In this document: positions 44,523 through 54,525 of the stretch, in pieces | Layout of the letters: every line of letters starts with the position of its first letter | Numbering within the stretch: the stretch's first letter is position 1 | Source: Pelagomonas calceolata | Taxonomy: Eukaryota | Direction of reading: 5' to 3' | Assembly: GCA_918797485.1 (NCBI GenBank) | Contig: CAKKNE010000002.1 | Location: 1,240,001 to 1,304,000, forward strand | Length of the DNA stretch: 64,000 nucleotides | Notes under the pieces: generated by a model | Told to the model about the DNA's origin: nothing | The model's database searches: none | Seen by the model: only the letters and a program-made list of their open reading frames with translations | Made by a program: the position numbers and the translations under genes

Positions 44523-45941
44523 ATGGCCGCCGACTGGCAGCCCCGCAGGGCCAACGCCTGGTCTCCGAAAGATGACTACCCCCTCAAATTGCAGCTAGGA
44601 TTACCGAGAGTGGCCAAGGAGTGGAGCAACTCCTGCGCCGCCGCGGACAAGACCTGCAAGCGAGCACTCCAAGTCAGGGTCTGGGTGCGGATCACGCAGA
44701 TTTTGAATGTTGGTCGACCGATGAACACGTTTCGCTGCGCCTTCGACCTGACCCTCGAATGGGAAGATCAGACGTTCAAACCGGTCATCAGCAACGACGT
44801 GCCCTTCGACCAGGTCGACTGGGCGCGCCACTGGCGGCCGCGCTGGTCCCTGGCCAATCTGGCCTCCGAGATGCATGTAGAACCGCTGTCGTCGTCGTGC
44901 TTCACGCTGCATCCGGACCCTGACACGTTGAAGCCTCGAGTACGGCTCACACAGCGCGTGGCCGGGACGTTCTTCGAACCTTTCAGTCTGAGAAGATTTC
45001 CGTTCGACGTCCAATCGCTAACAATTGCGATCTCCTGCGACGAGCCGCAGTCCTCGGTAGCGTTCGTCGACGCGATGGAATCCACATTAGATGCGGGGCC
45101 TTTTAGTCCACGCTTGGCGGAGTGGCTCCTACTGCGAAGGGACACGGGCTTACAAGCGAACCTACCGTTGGACCAGCGGACGCCGTTCACGAAGACAATA
45201 ACCCAGATGGACGGCTCGCGGGCCTTTCCCTTTTCTGTCTTCGTGGCGCGGATGCCCGTGAAAAGAAAAACAGGATACTACCTCACGAATATCATACCCA
45301 TCTACTTCATCATTGTCGTGTACGGTTGGCTGGCCTTCGGGAACCTACCGGACCAAGACAACCAGGACCAACTGAATTTTTTAGCTTCATTGTTATTAAC
45401 GATGGTCTCATTCAAGTTTACGTACCGAGAAACGCTACCCAAAGTCCACTACCTCACGCTGATGGACTGGTACGTCTACGCTTCAGTGGTTATGCTTGGC
45501 CTACAAGGTGTTATTCATGTCTGGGCCAAACATAGTACACATAGTCAGAAGCGACCGCGGGAGCTGTATGGTTTAGTACTACTCGTGTGTCTGTGGTTCT
45601 TCATCCACGGCGGCATCATTCTCTATGCCTACCGGTTCTTCTCGTATTTGACGGAGCTCGGGCCCACGGAACTGCGCGACTACATCGACACGTTTCGCAA
45701 GTCGGACCACGGCATCGAGACGCAGAACGAGAATAACTACCGCACCCATATCGGCGGCCGCAAGCCGTCGGTGCCTTCGATAAGTTTCATGGCCGCGCCG
45801 CACCTGACCGGCGCGCGGCTCCCGACGGTGACCGCGGCGCAGATGCAGCGCGAGGGCTCGGTGCTGAACAGCCCCGAGATCGGCTCGCTCTTCTCCGGCG
45901 ATGAAGATGTGGGTTCACCTGAGACGAAGGCGGAGTGCTAA
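44523..45941 (+). CDS. Cys-less pentameric ligand-gated ion channel (GLIC/ELIC-like)
   Basis: LEWED, Pro-loop LRRFPFDVQSL, YYLTNIIP, LLLTMVSFKF, LPKVHYLTLMDWY, four TM segments. Confidence 0.85.
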   Translation: MAADWQPRRANAWSPKDDYPLKLQLGLPRVAKEWSNSCAAADKTCKRALQVRVWVRITQILNVGRPMNTFRCAFDLTLEWEDQTFKPVISNDVPFDQVDWARHWRPRWSLANLASEMHVEPLSSSCFTLHPDPDTLKPRVRLTQRVAGTFFEPFSLRRFPFDVQSLTIAISCDEPQSSVAFVDAMESTLDAGPFSPRLAEWLLLRRDTGLQANLPLDQRTPFTKTITQMDGSRAFPFSVFVARMPVKRKTGYYLTNIIPIYFIIVVYGWLAFGNLPDQDNQDQLNFLASLLLTMVSFKFTYRETLPKVHYLTLMDWYVYASVVMLGLQGVIHVWAKHSTHSQKRPRELYGLVLLVCLWFFIHGGIILYAYRFFSYLTELGPTELRDYIDTFRKSDHGIETQNENNYRTHIGGRKPSVPSISFMAAPHLTGARLPTVTAAQMQREGSVLNSPEIGSLFSGDEDVGSPETKAEC

Positions 45942-46346
45942 GGCTTTCTAAGTCGTTTCTTTCTACTTGGTGTTAGGTCGCGCCCCGCGGCTCCCGCGCG
46001 ACGGGTCCGCGGGCGCGCGCCGTCCGGCCGGGTCGCGGCGGTGGCGTATATGAGTTCCACGCCCTCGCGGCGACGCCGCTAGTGGCCCGTAAGACACTAG
46101 AAAAACCAAAGACCTGGGGCAAGTCGCCGCGGCGGAATCTCGCGCGACACCGGCTCAACAGCGCACCGACGCGCCCAGCAGCTCTGCGGCGAGGGCCCCA
46201 AGCTGCCCCACCCACCAACAAGCAGCCCAGGCAAACAGCCCCGGACCTGTCCCAACAACAGCTCCGCCACAAGCAGCCCAAAAGCTGCCCGCAAGGCGCC
46301 CGCCCCAACAGCAGCCCCGGAGCAAGCGCCCAGTACAACAGGCCCC

Positions 46347-49300
46347 ATGGAAGAGGAAATGGACAAAGGGCGTATGGCGGAGGAACTCGAGATGGGCGCC
46401 GCGCCCGCGAACTGGCCGAGCCCCCGCGACTTGGACGACCTCATGGCCGACCGCGAGGTCGCGAACCTCCAATCCTTGCTCAAGGCGAACGGCCAGACGT
46501 CGATGCAGCAGTGGCTCCAAGTAGATCCGTCCCAAGGCCTCTCCAGCGATATCGAGAAGCGCCGAACAATTTATGGAAGGAACGCCTTCGACGCGAAGCC
46601 GCCCACCTCCTTCTTCGCATTCTGGTGGGACGCGATGCATGATGGGGCGATCATCGTTTTATCTGTCATGGCCGTCGTTACTATTTTAGTATGGCTCTTC
46701 GTCGAAACTCCTAAATGTGTTCCCAATGGCTATTTGGAACCCGTCGCTCTCGTGTTTTCCATCTCAGTTATTACATTAACAACAGCTGGAATAGATTTCA
46801 GCAAGGAGCGGATGTTCGCCGCCTTATCGGATCAATTGGATGCGTCCAATAAAAAATTCGTGCTGCGGAATGGACAAACGTTGGAACTGCCGGACGCGGA
46901 GATCGTCGTCGGTGACATCGTTACGTTTAATGCTCATAATGCGGCGTCGGTGCCCGCGGACGGCGTCCTCGTAGCTGGTTCGGGCGTGAAGATGGACGAG
47001 GCCGCTCTCAACGGCGAGCCCGAGCCCGCCGAGAAGAGCGCCGAGAAGCCTTTTATATTATCTGGCACGGTCTGTACGTCTGGTTCTGGCAAATTGTTAG
47101 TGTTAGCGGTAGGAACACATAGTGTATCAGGTAAGATCAAGGCCGCGGTCTACGGCGAGGCCGAGGAGGAAGGCGGGTCCCCGCTCTTCGACAAGCTCGA
47201 CAAGATGTCCCTGAAGATCGGCAAGGCGGGCATGTACCCGCGTCTCGCTATCTCGGCACCGCGGCCATGTTTTCGGCCCAAACTCGGACACGACGTCTCT
47301 CTGATACAATCGACCGAGTTGAGCGAGCAGAACTTCTCTCAGACCACGAGAGACCACGAATTGAAGGGCGCTTGAACTTTGATTTCCACACAGGCATGTT
47401 CGTCGCGACGGTCGTTTTTCTTGTGATGACGATCGTGGGTGTTTTTATCAAGGGCGGCCCGGCGCGCGAGATCGTGCACTACATCGTCCAGGCCATTACT
47501 ATTCTTGCGGTTGCGGTTCCCGAGGGTCTGCCGTTGGCCGTTACGCTGTCCCTGGCGTTTTCGTCGTCGAAGATGAGTCTGGATAATAATCTCGTGAAGA
47601 CCTTGAAGGCCTGCGAGACCATGGGTTCTGCTACGACGATCTGTTCGGATAAGACGGGAACATTGACCGCGAACCGGATGACCGTGCGAGGTGCCGTGGT
47701 GTGCGGGGTCGTGAAGCCAGCCTTGGACCCTAGGATCGATACCGCCGAGTCGAGGAAGTCCGTCGGTCAACGACTAAGAGCAGATAAGAATATACCGAAT
47801 GAAGCGCTGGAAGAGTTGGGAAGACTCATCAGCGTGGACACGATGGACGAGAGCGCCGTGGTCTTTGAAAATGGCGACAATGCGCCGCCGGCGTTCAAGG
47901 GCAACCCCACCGAATGCGCGTTGCTCGAACTTTGCAGGACCCTATCGATCGACTGGCGTGGGATTAGGGACTCAGCAATTGGTCGGAGTGATGCCACTCG
48001 TTCGCAGGGCCACCCGTTCATGTTCTCGTCAGCGCGCAAGCTCATGAGCTGGGCCGTGCCTCGGGAGCGGGGCTATCGGGTCTACGTCAAGGGCGCGGCC
48101 GAGATTGTTTTGTCAAGATGCGCCTGGGAGGTGTCTTCCACGAACCGTGTTCAAAAACTGAAGGACGAGCGGAGGGAGTCTTTTTATGTGAACGACGTCG
48201 TCAAGTCCTTCGCCGCCAGCGCGATGCGGACCATCGCGCTGGCCTACAAAGATTTCGACCGTCTGCCCCAAGATTGGAGTCAAACGACTGATGAGGTAAA
48301 AAATGCGGACGGGACCGACGCCTTCGTGGCGGAGACGGAGCTCGTGTTGATGGGCATCGTCGGCATAGAAGACCCCTTGCGAGATGAGGTTCCTCCCGCA
48401 ATTAATCGGTGCTACGGCGCCGGGATTGATGTGCGCATGTGCACGGGCGACAACCTGGCGACGGCCGTCGCTATCGCGTCGAGATGCGGCATCCTGCGGA
48501 AGGAGCACTATAAACATGGTAGGATGTCGCCGCACGTCTCCGACTTGTTGAAGGATCGGGCCATGACGGGCAAGGAGTTTCGCAAGCGGGTCCATAATAG
48601 TGAAGGCGTCTTCGTGCAGGCGGCCTTCGACGAGATCTGGCCTCGACTCAGGGTCATGGCGCGGTGTGATCCCGACGATAAACATACATTAGCACATGGT
48701 CTCAATAAATCACTGCTCTTCCAGGACACGGAGACGTGCGCTGCCCTCAAAGAGGAGGGCATCACGATCTTTCCCGACCGCCAGGTCGTCGCCATGACCG
48801 GCGACGGGACCAACGACGCGCCGGCGCTGAAAAGAGCGGATGTTGGCTTCGCCATGGGCATCTCGGGCACGCAGATCGCCAAGGACGCGGCGGACATTAT
48901 TCTGTTAGATGACAACTTCGCGTCCATCGTCACGGCGGCCAAGTGGGGGCGCAACGTCTACGATTCGGTGTGCAAGTTCCTGCAGTTCCAGCTTACTGTC
49001 AATATTGCCGCTATCTCCGTCGCGGTCGTCGGGGCTTTTAGATACCAGGAATCGCCCATAGCGGCGGTCCAGATGCTCTGGATCAACCTGATCATGGACT
49101 CTTTGGCTTCTCTCGCATTAGCGACGGAGCCGCCCGACGACGCGTTGCTCGATCGACCGCCCGTCAATAGATCGGATTCCATCATCTCAGAACAGATGTG
49201 GTACAACATGGTCGGCCACGCGGCCTACCAAGTCGTCGTCATGATGCTCTTGTATTATGATTTAGGTGCTTCCCTATTAGATACGGAGCCGAACGGGACG

Positions 49301-49861
49301 CCCCACCACGGGAAATGTGGCGGTGTTACCGTGTACTCGAAGCACCATTCCGCATTATTCAACTGCTTCGTCATGATGACGCTGTTCAACGAGATCAACT
49401 GCCGGAAGTTGCGGGGCGAGTGGAACGTCTTTGCAGGATTGTTCAAGAACCCCTACTTTGGTTCGATATGGGTGCTTACCATGGTGATTCAGATCATTGG
49501 TGTCCAGTTTGGAGGGGCCGCAATCGCCGTGCACAAGGACGGCATCACGTCGCGCCAGTGGCTCGTCTGCGTCTGCTTCGGGGCCGGCGAGTTGGTCTGG
49601 CAGCAGGTGATAAACGTCGTGCACATGCTCACGAAGGGCGGCGACGAACAGGTCGGAGAGAAGGGTTATAGAGATGCCGGCATCCTGAAGATCGGGTCCG
49701 GGCGTGTCGCGCTGCCGGAGACGGTGCGGTCCGCCTCGTCGCGGTCGAACGAGTCGTCGCAGCGCGACTTATCATTAAGGCGCCGCGCGTCGTCGAAGAA
49801 GGGGCTGTCGGCGCGGGAGCCGTCCACTACTCCTCGCATGGTCGCGTCGGAGAAGGTCTAG
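46347..49861 (+). CDS. P2B (PMCA-type) calcium-transporting P-type ATPase; GC-AG intron 47230-47393
   Basis: VAVPEGLPLAVT, ICSDKTGTLT, GNPTECA, KGAAE, TGDN, TGDGTNDAPAL, KFLQFQLTVN, QMLWINLIMDS. Exons join as KA|GMFV. Confidence 0.95.
47238..47393. mobile_element. Introner element with a decayed donor-side TIR; intron 47230-47393
   Basis: Acceptor TIR tttgatttccacacag is intact. TSD gcatgtac / gcatgttc, 7/8 match. GC donor. Confidence 0.85.
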
Positions 49862-50248
49862 GTCGTTCTTGCCCCCGGCCTAAGGTTTCGCTCTATGGGA
49901 AGTAGCTATAGTCAATTCGGGTTGCGGGGGCGCGCGCCTAGAGGGGTGACGGGGGAGCTATCCCCCGCGAGCGTGTACAAGCTCTCGTGATTTTTTTGCG
50001 TCACGGGTTTTCGCCAAAGACTTCATTGATTCCTGGGTTTCGTCGGTCTGGAGCGTACGCGCGTCATCGGAGCGGTTTCTAGCAACAGTTTGACGCGACG
50101 GGGAATCGTTTGAGCGCGTGTAGTGCCCCAGGGAAAGTCAGGCACAGCTGGGATCATATAACGCTTGCGCCACGCTTGCGCCCCACAGCTTGCGCCAGAA
50201 GCACGTTGTCCGTGACCATTAATACTCTCCGCACGTTGACAGCCGACG

Positions 50249-50512
50249 ATGATCGCGCAGCTCGCCCTCGCGGCGCTCGCGACGGGAACGGCGCGCGCCG
50301 CAAGTCTGCCGAGCCCGCAGGGTGCGTTCTCCTACAACTACACGACGGAGGCGCCGAGCGCGGCGCCGACCTACGGAGAAGGTGCACGGTCCGGTCACGC
50401 GCGCGTTTTTCGCCTGGACTCAGCGCCAGTTCGCGACGCCGTGAGGCCCTTCCCCCTTCCCCCTTCCTTCCCTGTCCCGTCCCCGTCCCATCCTTCCCGT
50501 CCCGTAACATAG
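50249..50512 (+). pseudogene. Orphan signal-peptide exon, possibly a truncated gene
   Basis: MIAQLALAALATGTARA..FSYNYTTEAPSAAPT followed by an AG|GTGCAC donor-like site and low-complexity sequence; no downstream exon evident. Confidence 0.3.
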
Positions 50513-50755
50513 ATCGATCCCAAGCGGGGCTAGCGTCTCTAGACACTCTAGAAAGCTAGCCGAGCAAGCGCCGCCGCGGCTTATACGCGCCGCTAGCGCA
50601 CGTATAGCCTTTTCCACGCGCGTGGGCTGCAGCCCTGTCTGATCGCTGAGCGAGCACACGCTGCGCCGCGCCGCCGCTGAAGCCACCCAAAAAGAGGTCA
50701 GCTGCGCCCTCGCGCCGCGCCGCGCACGCCGCCGACGCCGCGCGCCGCCGACGCA

Positions 50756-51604
50756 ATGGCGGCCACGGCCCCCCAAACACCGCTCCTCCTCGACCCCTCC
50801 ATCCGCGACTGGGTCGTGCTCCCGATGGTGGCCATCATGGTGCTCATGAATTTGATGCGCCACTACGCGCAGCAGGCCATGAAGGACTCGAAGCCCATCG
50901 ACGCGACGGAGATGCAGCAGAAGCAACTATTATCACGAGCTGCTAGAATAAGGACGCGGGGCTCGCGCTTGCTCCCGTCCGAATCATTTAATGCCAGAAA
51001 AGCCTACTTCGTCGACAAGGACAAAGGTTTGTTAGCAAAGAAGCCCAAGAAAGCCACAAAAAAACCGATGGACCCCATGGCCATGATGGACGGCATGAAA
51101 GGAAATATGTTATATATGGTGCCGAACATGCTGATGATGACGGTGATTAGCTTCTTCTTCTCGGGTTTCGTGCTCGTGAAGGTGCCGTTCCCCGTGACGC
51201 AGCGCTTCAAGCAGATGCTGCAGCGAGGGGTCGATCTGGCGACGCTGGATACGTCGTACGTATCATCGTTGTCGTGGTATTTTTTACTGATGTTTGGACT
51301 GCGAGGTTTTTTGCGAGTCGTATTGGGCGAGGACCCTGATGCGATGGACGCCAATAGAGAGATGCAGATGCAGATGGGCATGGGCATGGGCGGCGGCGGG
51401 CCGCAAGGGTTTGATGCTGCTCCTGCGTATAAACACGAGAGGGAGGAGCTGCAGATGGCGCAGCACTCCTGGGTCTTGGAGGATGCGGAGCTGCAGCTGT
51501 GCGGGGCCGCCGTGGCGGCGCGCGTGCAGAACGCGGCGCTGGGCGCTCGTCCCGTGAAGAAGGCGGGCGCGCGCGTGAAGAAGGTCCGGCGCGTGAAGAA
51601 GTGA
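50756..51604 (+). CDS. EMC3: ER membrane protein complex subunit 3
   Basis: LLLDPSIRDWVVLP, FFSGFVLVKVPFP.T.RFKQMLQRG, LDTSYVSSLSWYFL.MFGLRG. Confidence 0.95.
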   Translation: MAATAPQTPLLLDPSIRDWVVLPMVAIMVLMNLMRHYAQQAMKDSKPIDATEMQQKQLLSRAARIRTRGSRLLPSESFNARKAYFVDKDKGLLAKKPKKATKKPMDPMAMMDGMKGNMLYMVPNMLMMTVISFFFSGFVLVKVPFPVTQRFKQMLQRGVDLATLDTSYVSSLSWYFLLMFGLRGFLRVVLGEDPDAMDANREMQMQMGMGMGGGGPQGFDAAPAYKHEREELQMAQHSWVLEDAELQLCGAAVAARVQNAALGARPVKKAGARVKKVRRVKK

Positions 51605-51629
51605 GGGTGTGCATAACTTATCTAGAGTA

Positions 51630-52451
51630 TTAGCTTCGCGTCGATGGCGTCGAGGGCGGCGCGACGTCTGCTTCGGCCGGCCAGAACGAGAGGACGTGCC
51701 AGGCCATCTCGTTGGGCAGACGCGCGACGGCGGCGAGCAAGGCGTCGGGTTCGGCGCGTTCGCGGAGTGCAAGCGATCGGAGCCGTAGAAATGCCCTTCG
51801 CGGCAGCATGTATCTCCGGCGCCGCTCGTCGGCGATCAGCTTCTTGCACGCGACGAACTTTTCCTTCGTTGCATCGGTCGGTGGTCTTGTGCTACTATAT
51901 GCGGCGTGGTACTCCGGAAATGCACTTGGATCCTCGATTTGTCGCAGACACTCCTCGGCGCTCCGCCCGCCCCAGCAGCCGTCCAGTTTCGCGCCACGGC
52001 GCAGGAGCAGAGAGACATAGGCGAGTCCTGTTTCTGCCATGTCAATTCTGTCGTATCGAAGCCAGTCAATCGCGTTGGAGAGAGCCGTCTCGCCGGCCAT
52101 GTAGACACCTTCAATCGTAGCCGTAGTCCGTGTGTCAATGCTTGCACCAGCGTCCAGGAGCATGGTCGCCGCTTCCAGCCCGAATTCCTCATCGGATGAG
52201 CCGATTGCAGTGTATAGTGGATGGTCCCCGTCCATGTCCCCGGGTTTATTCACGTCGGCGCCGTGGGCGATTGCAAATTTCACGGTTTCGAGGTTATCAA
52301 ATACTAAGCTCAAATTCAAGATGGTGCATCCGTCCTCGTCGACGTCGTTGATGTCTCCGCCATTTTCAAGCCAGTCTCTTATCGTTTCCACCTGGTCGCT
52401 GGCGTCGGGCTCGCGCGTCGCGGCTTCGACTATATAGCCGGGCAAGACCAT
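51630..52451 (-). CDS. Ankyrin-repeat protein with a C-terminal LPNEMAWHVLSFW motif
   Basis: WLENGGDIN, AHGADVN, HPLYTA, LLDAGASID, GETAL, LLLRRGA. Paralogue of 8590..9534. Confidence 0.8.
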   Translation of the reverse strand: MVLPGYIVEAATREPDASDQVETIRDWLENGGDINDVDEDGCTILNLSLVFDNLETVKFAIAHGADVNKPGDMDGDHPLYTAIGSSDEEFGLEAATMLLDAGASIDTRTTATIEGVYMAGETALSNAIDWLRYDRIDMAETGLAYVSLLLRRGAKLDGCWGGRSAEECLRQIEDPSAFPEYHAAYSSTRPPTDATKEKFVACKKLIADERRRRYMLPRRAFLRLRSLALRERAEPDALLAAVARLPNEMAWHVLSFWPAEADVAPPSTPSTRS

Positions 52452-52721
52452 CGTTTTATGCTGGCCCCGGGTGGGTTGTCTGGGACCCTGTAGAGATGCC
52501 CTACGGAGAGTAGTTCCACGGACTACAGCGATTGAAAGTCTTGGCGGGCGCTTGCGCTTATGAATTTTAATCGTTGGCGTGGCCGGGCGCGCAAAACTCG
52601 ACCTGTAAAACCCGTTTTGTCAGCTCAAAATACAACGAGCTGGGCAGAACAGGCACAGCTAGACGCCATCGACGCGACCCAAAAGGCCATTGCAAGATAC
52701 CCATGGCCGTTGGACTCGGAT

Positions 52722-53954
52722 CTATCTATCCACCTTACGCCGCAACACGAGGCGCGGCGTCTCCCCAGCGTCGACCGCAGCAGCAGCAACAGCACGTGCC
52801 TCAGACAGACTCTTCCGCTGGATGTGCAGCTGCCCGCACGCCGCGGTTTTATCATCCCCTCTGGTCACCCGTAACGCCACATGCACTCTAGGCTCGACTT
52901 CACGAATCGCGTCCCGGAACAGCTCCAGAGCGTCGTCCGACGGTCTCAGGAAATCAGGAGCGTGGTCCGTAGGATTCACGGGAATCAGATCCACGTTCAC
53001 TTTTTGCGCCACGTCCACGATCGGAGACACGAACGCCGCGAGCCTCCGCGCGTCTTCTGGCGAGTCGTTGACGCCCGCGATGAGCGTAGCCGCGAGCATG
53101 AGCGTGCGCTGCCGCGCCGGTCGCGGTTTCAACGCGTCGAGTAACCCGGCGCGCAGCTCGTCCACCGTATACTTCGCCGACGGAACCAACTGCTTCCGCA
53201 ACGCGTCGTCCGCGGCGTGCACGGACCAGGCGAGCATGCCGTCCGCATCTGACAATTCCCGGAAGCAGTCCGGCGACGGTCCTACGGTGCTAATCGTGAT
53301 CTTGGACCGGGCCATGCGGAACTTCTCGCCGTCGATCAACGACGTCGCCGCGAGCTTGACATTAATGGCGTTGCGGCCGGCGTCGCCCATGCCCATGAAC
53401 ACGATATTTGTTAATGGAGGCATTCTCGTGGACTGCGCCGCGACGCGGCTCGCGATGACGAACTGCGCGAGGATCTCGTCCGGCGTGAGGTTGCGCACGA
53501 GGCCCATTCTAGCTGTGGCACAGAACCTACACCCTTGGTCGCAACCGACTTGAGACGAGATGCATAATGTGGTCCTCGGGAGATGGGCATGCGGTATTAA
53601 AACAGCCTCGACGGCCAACCCGTCGGCCAGCCGCACGAGTAGCTTCGTCGTGCCGTCGGCCGCCTCGTCTTTGTGTTCTAGACAAGCTGGGACGAACGCC
53701 GTCAGGCCGCTCGCCTCCAAGACGCGTCTAGCGCCAACCGTCGTCGGCGCGTCCGCATCCAACGGCTCCTGGCCACTTCGTACGGCGTCCCAGATGGACC
53801 GCGCGCGGCCCGTGCCTCCCACTAGTTCACTGAGCTCGGCGAACGGCAGCGCTAGTGTTTGTGTTGAGGCCGTGGCCAGCTTCGGTGGCTTGAGCGTGGC
53901 GGTGCTTAGAGCGCTTGTATCGTGGAGTAATAATGCGAGGACGAGGGCACGCAT
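52722..53954 (-). CDS. RlmN/Cfr-family radical SAM RNA methyltransferase with a signal/targeting peptide
   Basis: DGTTKLL, CISSQVGCDQGCRFCAT, NL...EI..Q, NIVFMGMG, ITISTVG, GVNDS, AACGQL. Confidence 0.9.
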   Translation of the reverse strand: MRALVLALLLHDTSALSTATLKPPKLATASTQTLALPFAELSELVGGTGRARSIWDAVRSGQEPLDADAPTTVGARRVLEASGLTAFVPACLEHKDEAADGTTKLLVRLADGLAVEAVLIPHAHLPRTTLCISSQVGCDQGCRFCATARMGLVRNLTPDEILAQFVIASRVAAQSTRMPPLTNIVFMGMGDAGRNAINVKLAATSLIDGEKFRMARSKITISTVGPSPDCFRELSDADGMLAWSVHAADDALRKQLVPSAKYTVDELRAGLLDALKPRPARQRTLMLAATLIAGVNDSPEDARRLAAFVSPIVDVAQKVNVDLIPVNPTDHAPDFLRPSDDALELFRDAIREVEPRVHVALRVTRGDDKTAACGQLHIQRKSLSEARAVAAAAVDAGETPRLVLRRKVDR

Positions 53955-54525
53955 GGTGGTCCTTGGTTCACTGCAGCAGCAAGTGGCAGCAGCGCTGTAT
54001 GGGCCTTTGCGCTCGTTTTCCGGCCTTGCCACTCCCGCAGCAGCAGCAGCACAGTGCGATAGTTAGCGCTTGGAGGTCTGGGGCTTATCGGCGGCGCGTG
54101 TACGGCAAGCGCTGGGACTTCAGCTGAACATGGCTGAGTGCCTGCTTGCTAGAGCCTTACAGGCCGCTAGCGCGCCGCGCGCTCTTTCTCCTTTGCACCC
54201 GTCCTTTAAGCCCTTTTACGCGTCCCAGACTCCTTCTTGGTACGTTTGCGTGGTGGACCTCGCGAGCCCGAAGGCCGTGGCGTCACAGCTTAAACCAAAG
54301 CTGATTGTCCACACCAGCGTCTACCTTTTTGCATCATCGAATCGCTTCGTGGTCGTGCGCTGTCAAACGCGTCGCAGCCGCGAAATTCTGCAGCGACGTC
54401 GCATTTTCACGGAGATCACAAGCACCGGAGAGCGCAGCCAAAGATCCAAGGCGCGACACCGATCACGAGAGCAAAGACAAGGCGCCACAGCACGCCAGCG
54501 ACGCATCCTTAACACAGGTCAAAGA

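Noticed and set aside
54070..54525. Long N-terminal extension of phosphoglycolate phosphatase
   Set aside because: Non-ATG start and intergenic-like composition; plausible ATG at 54526.
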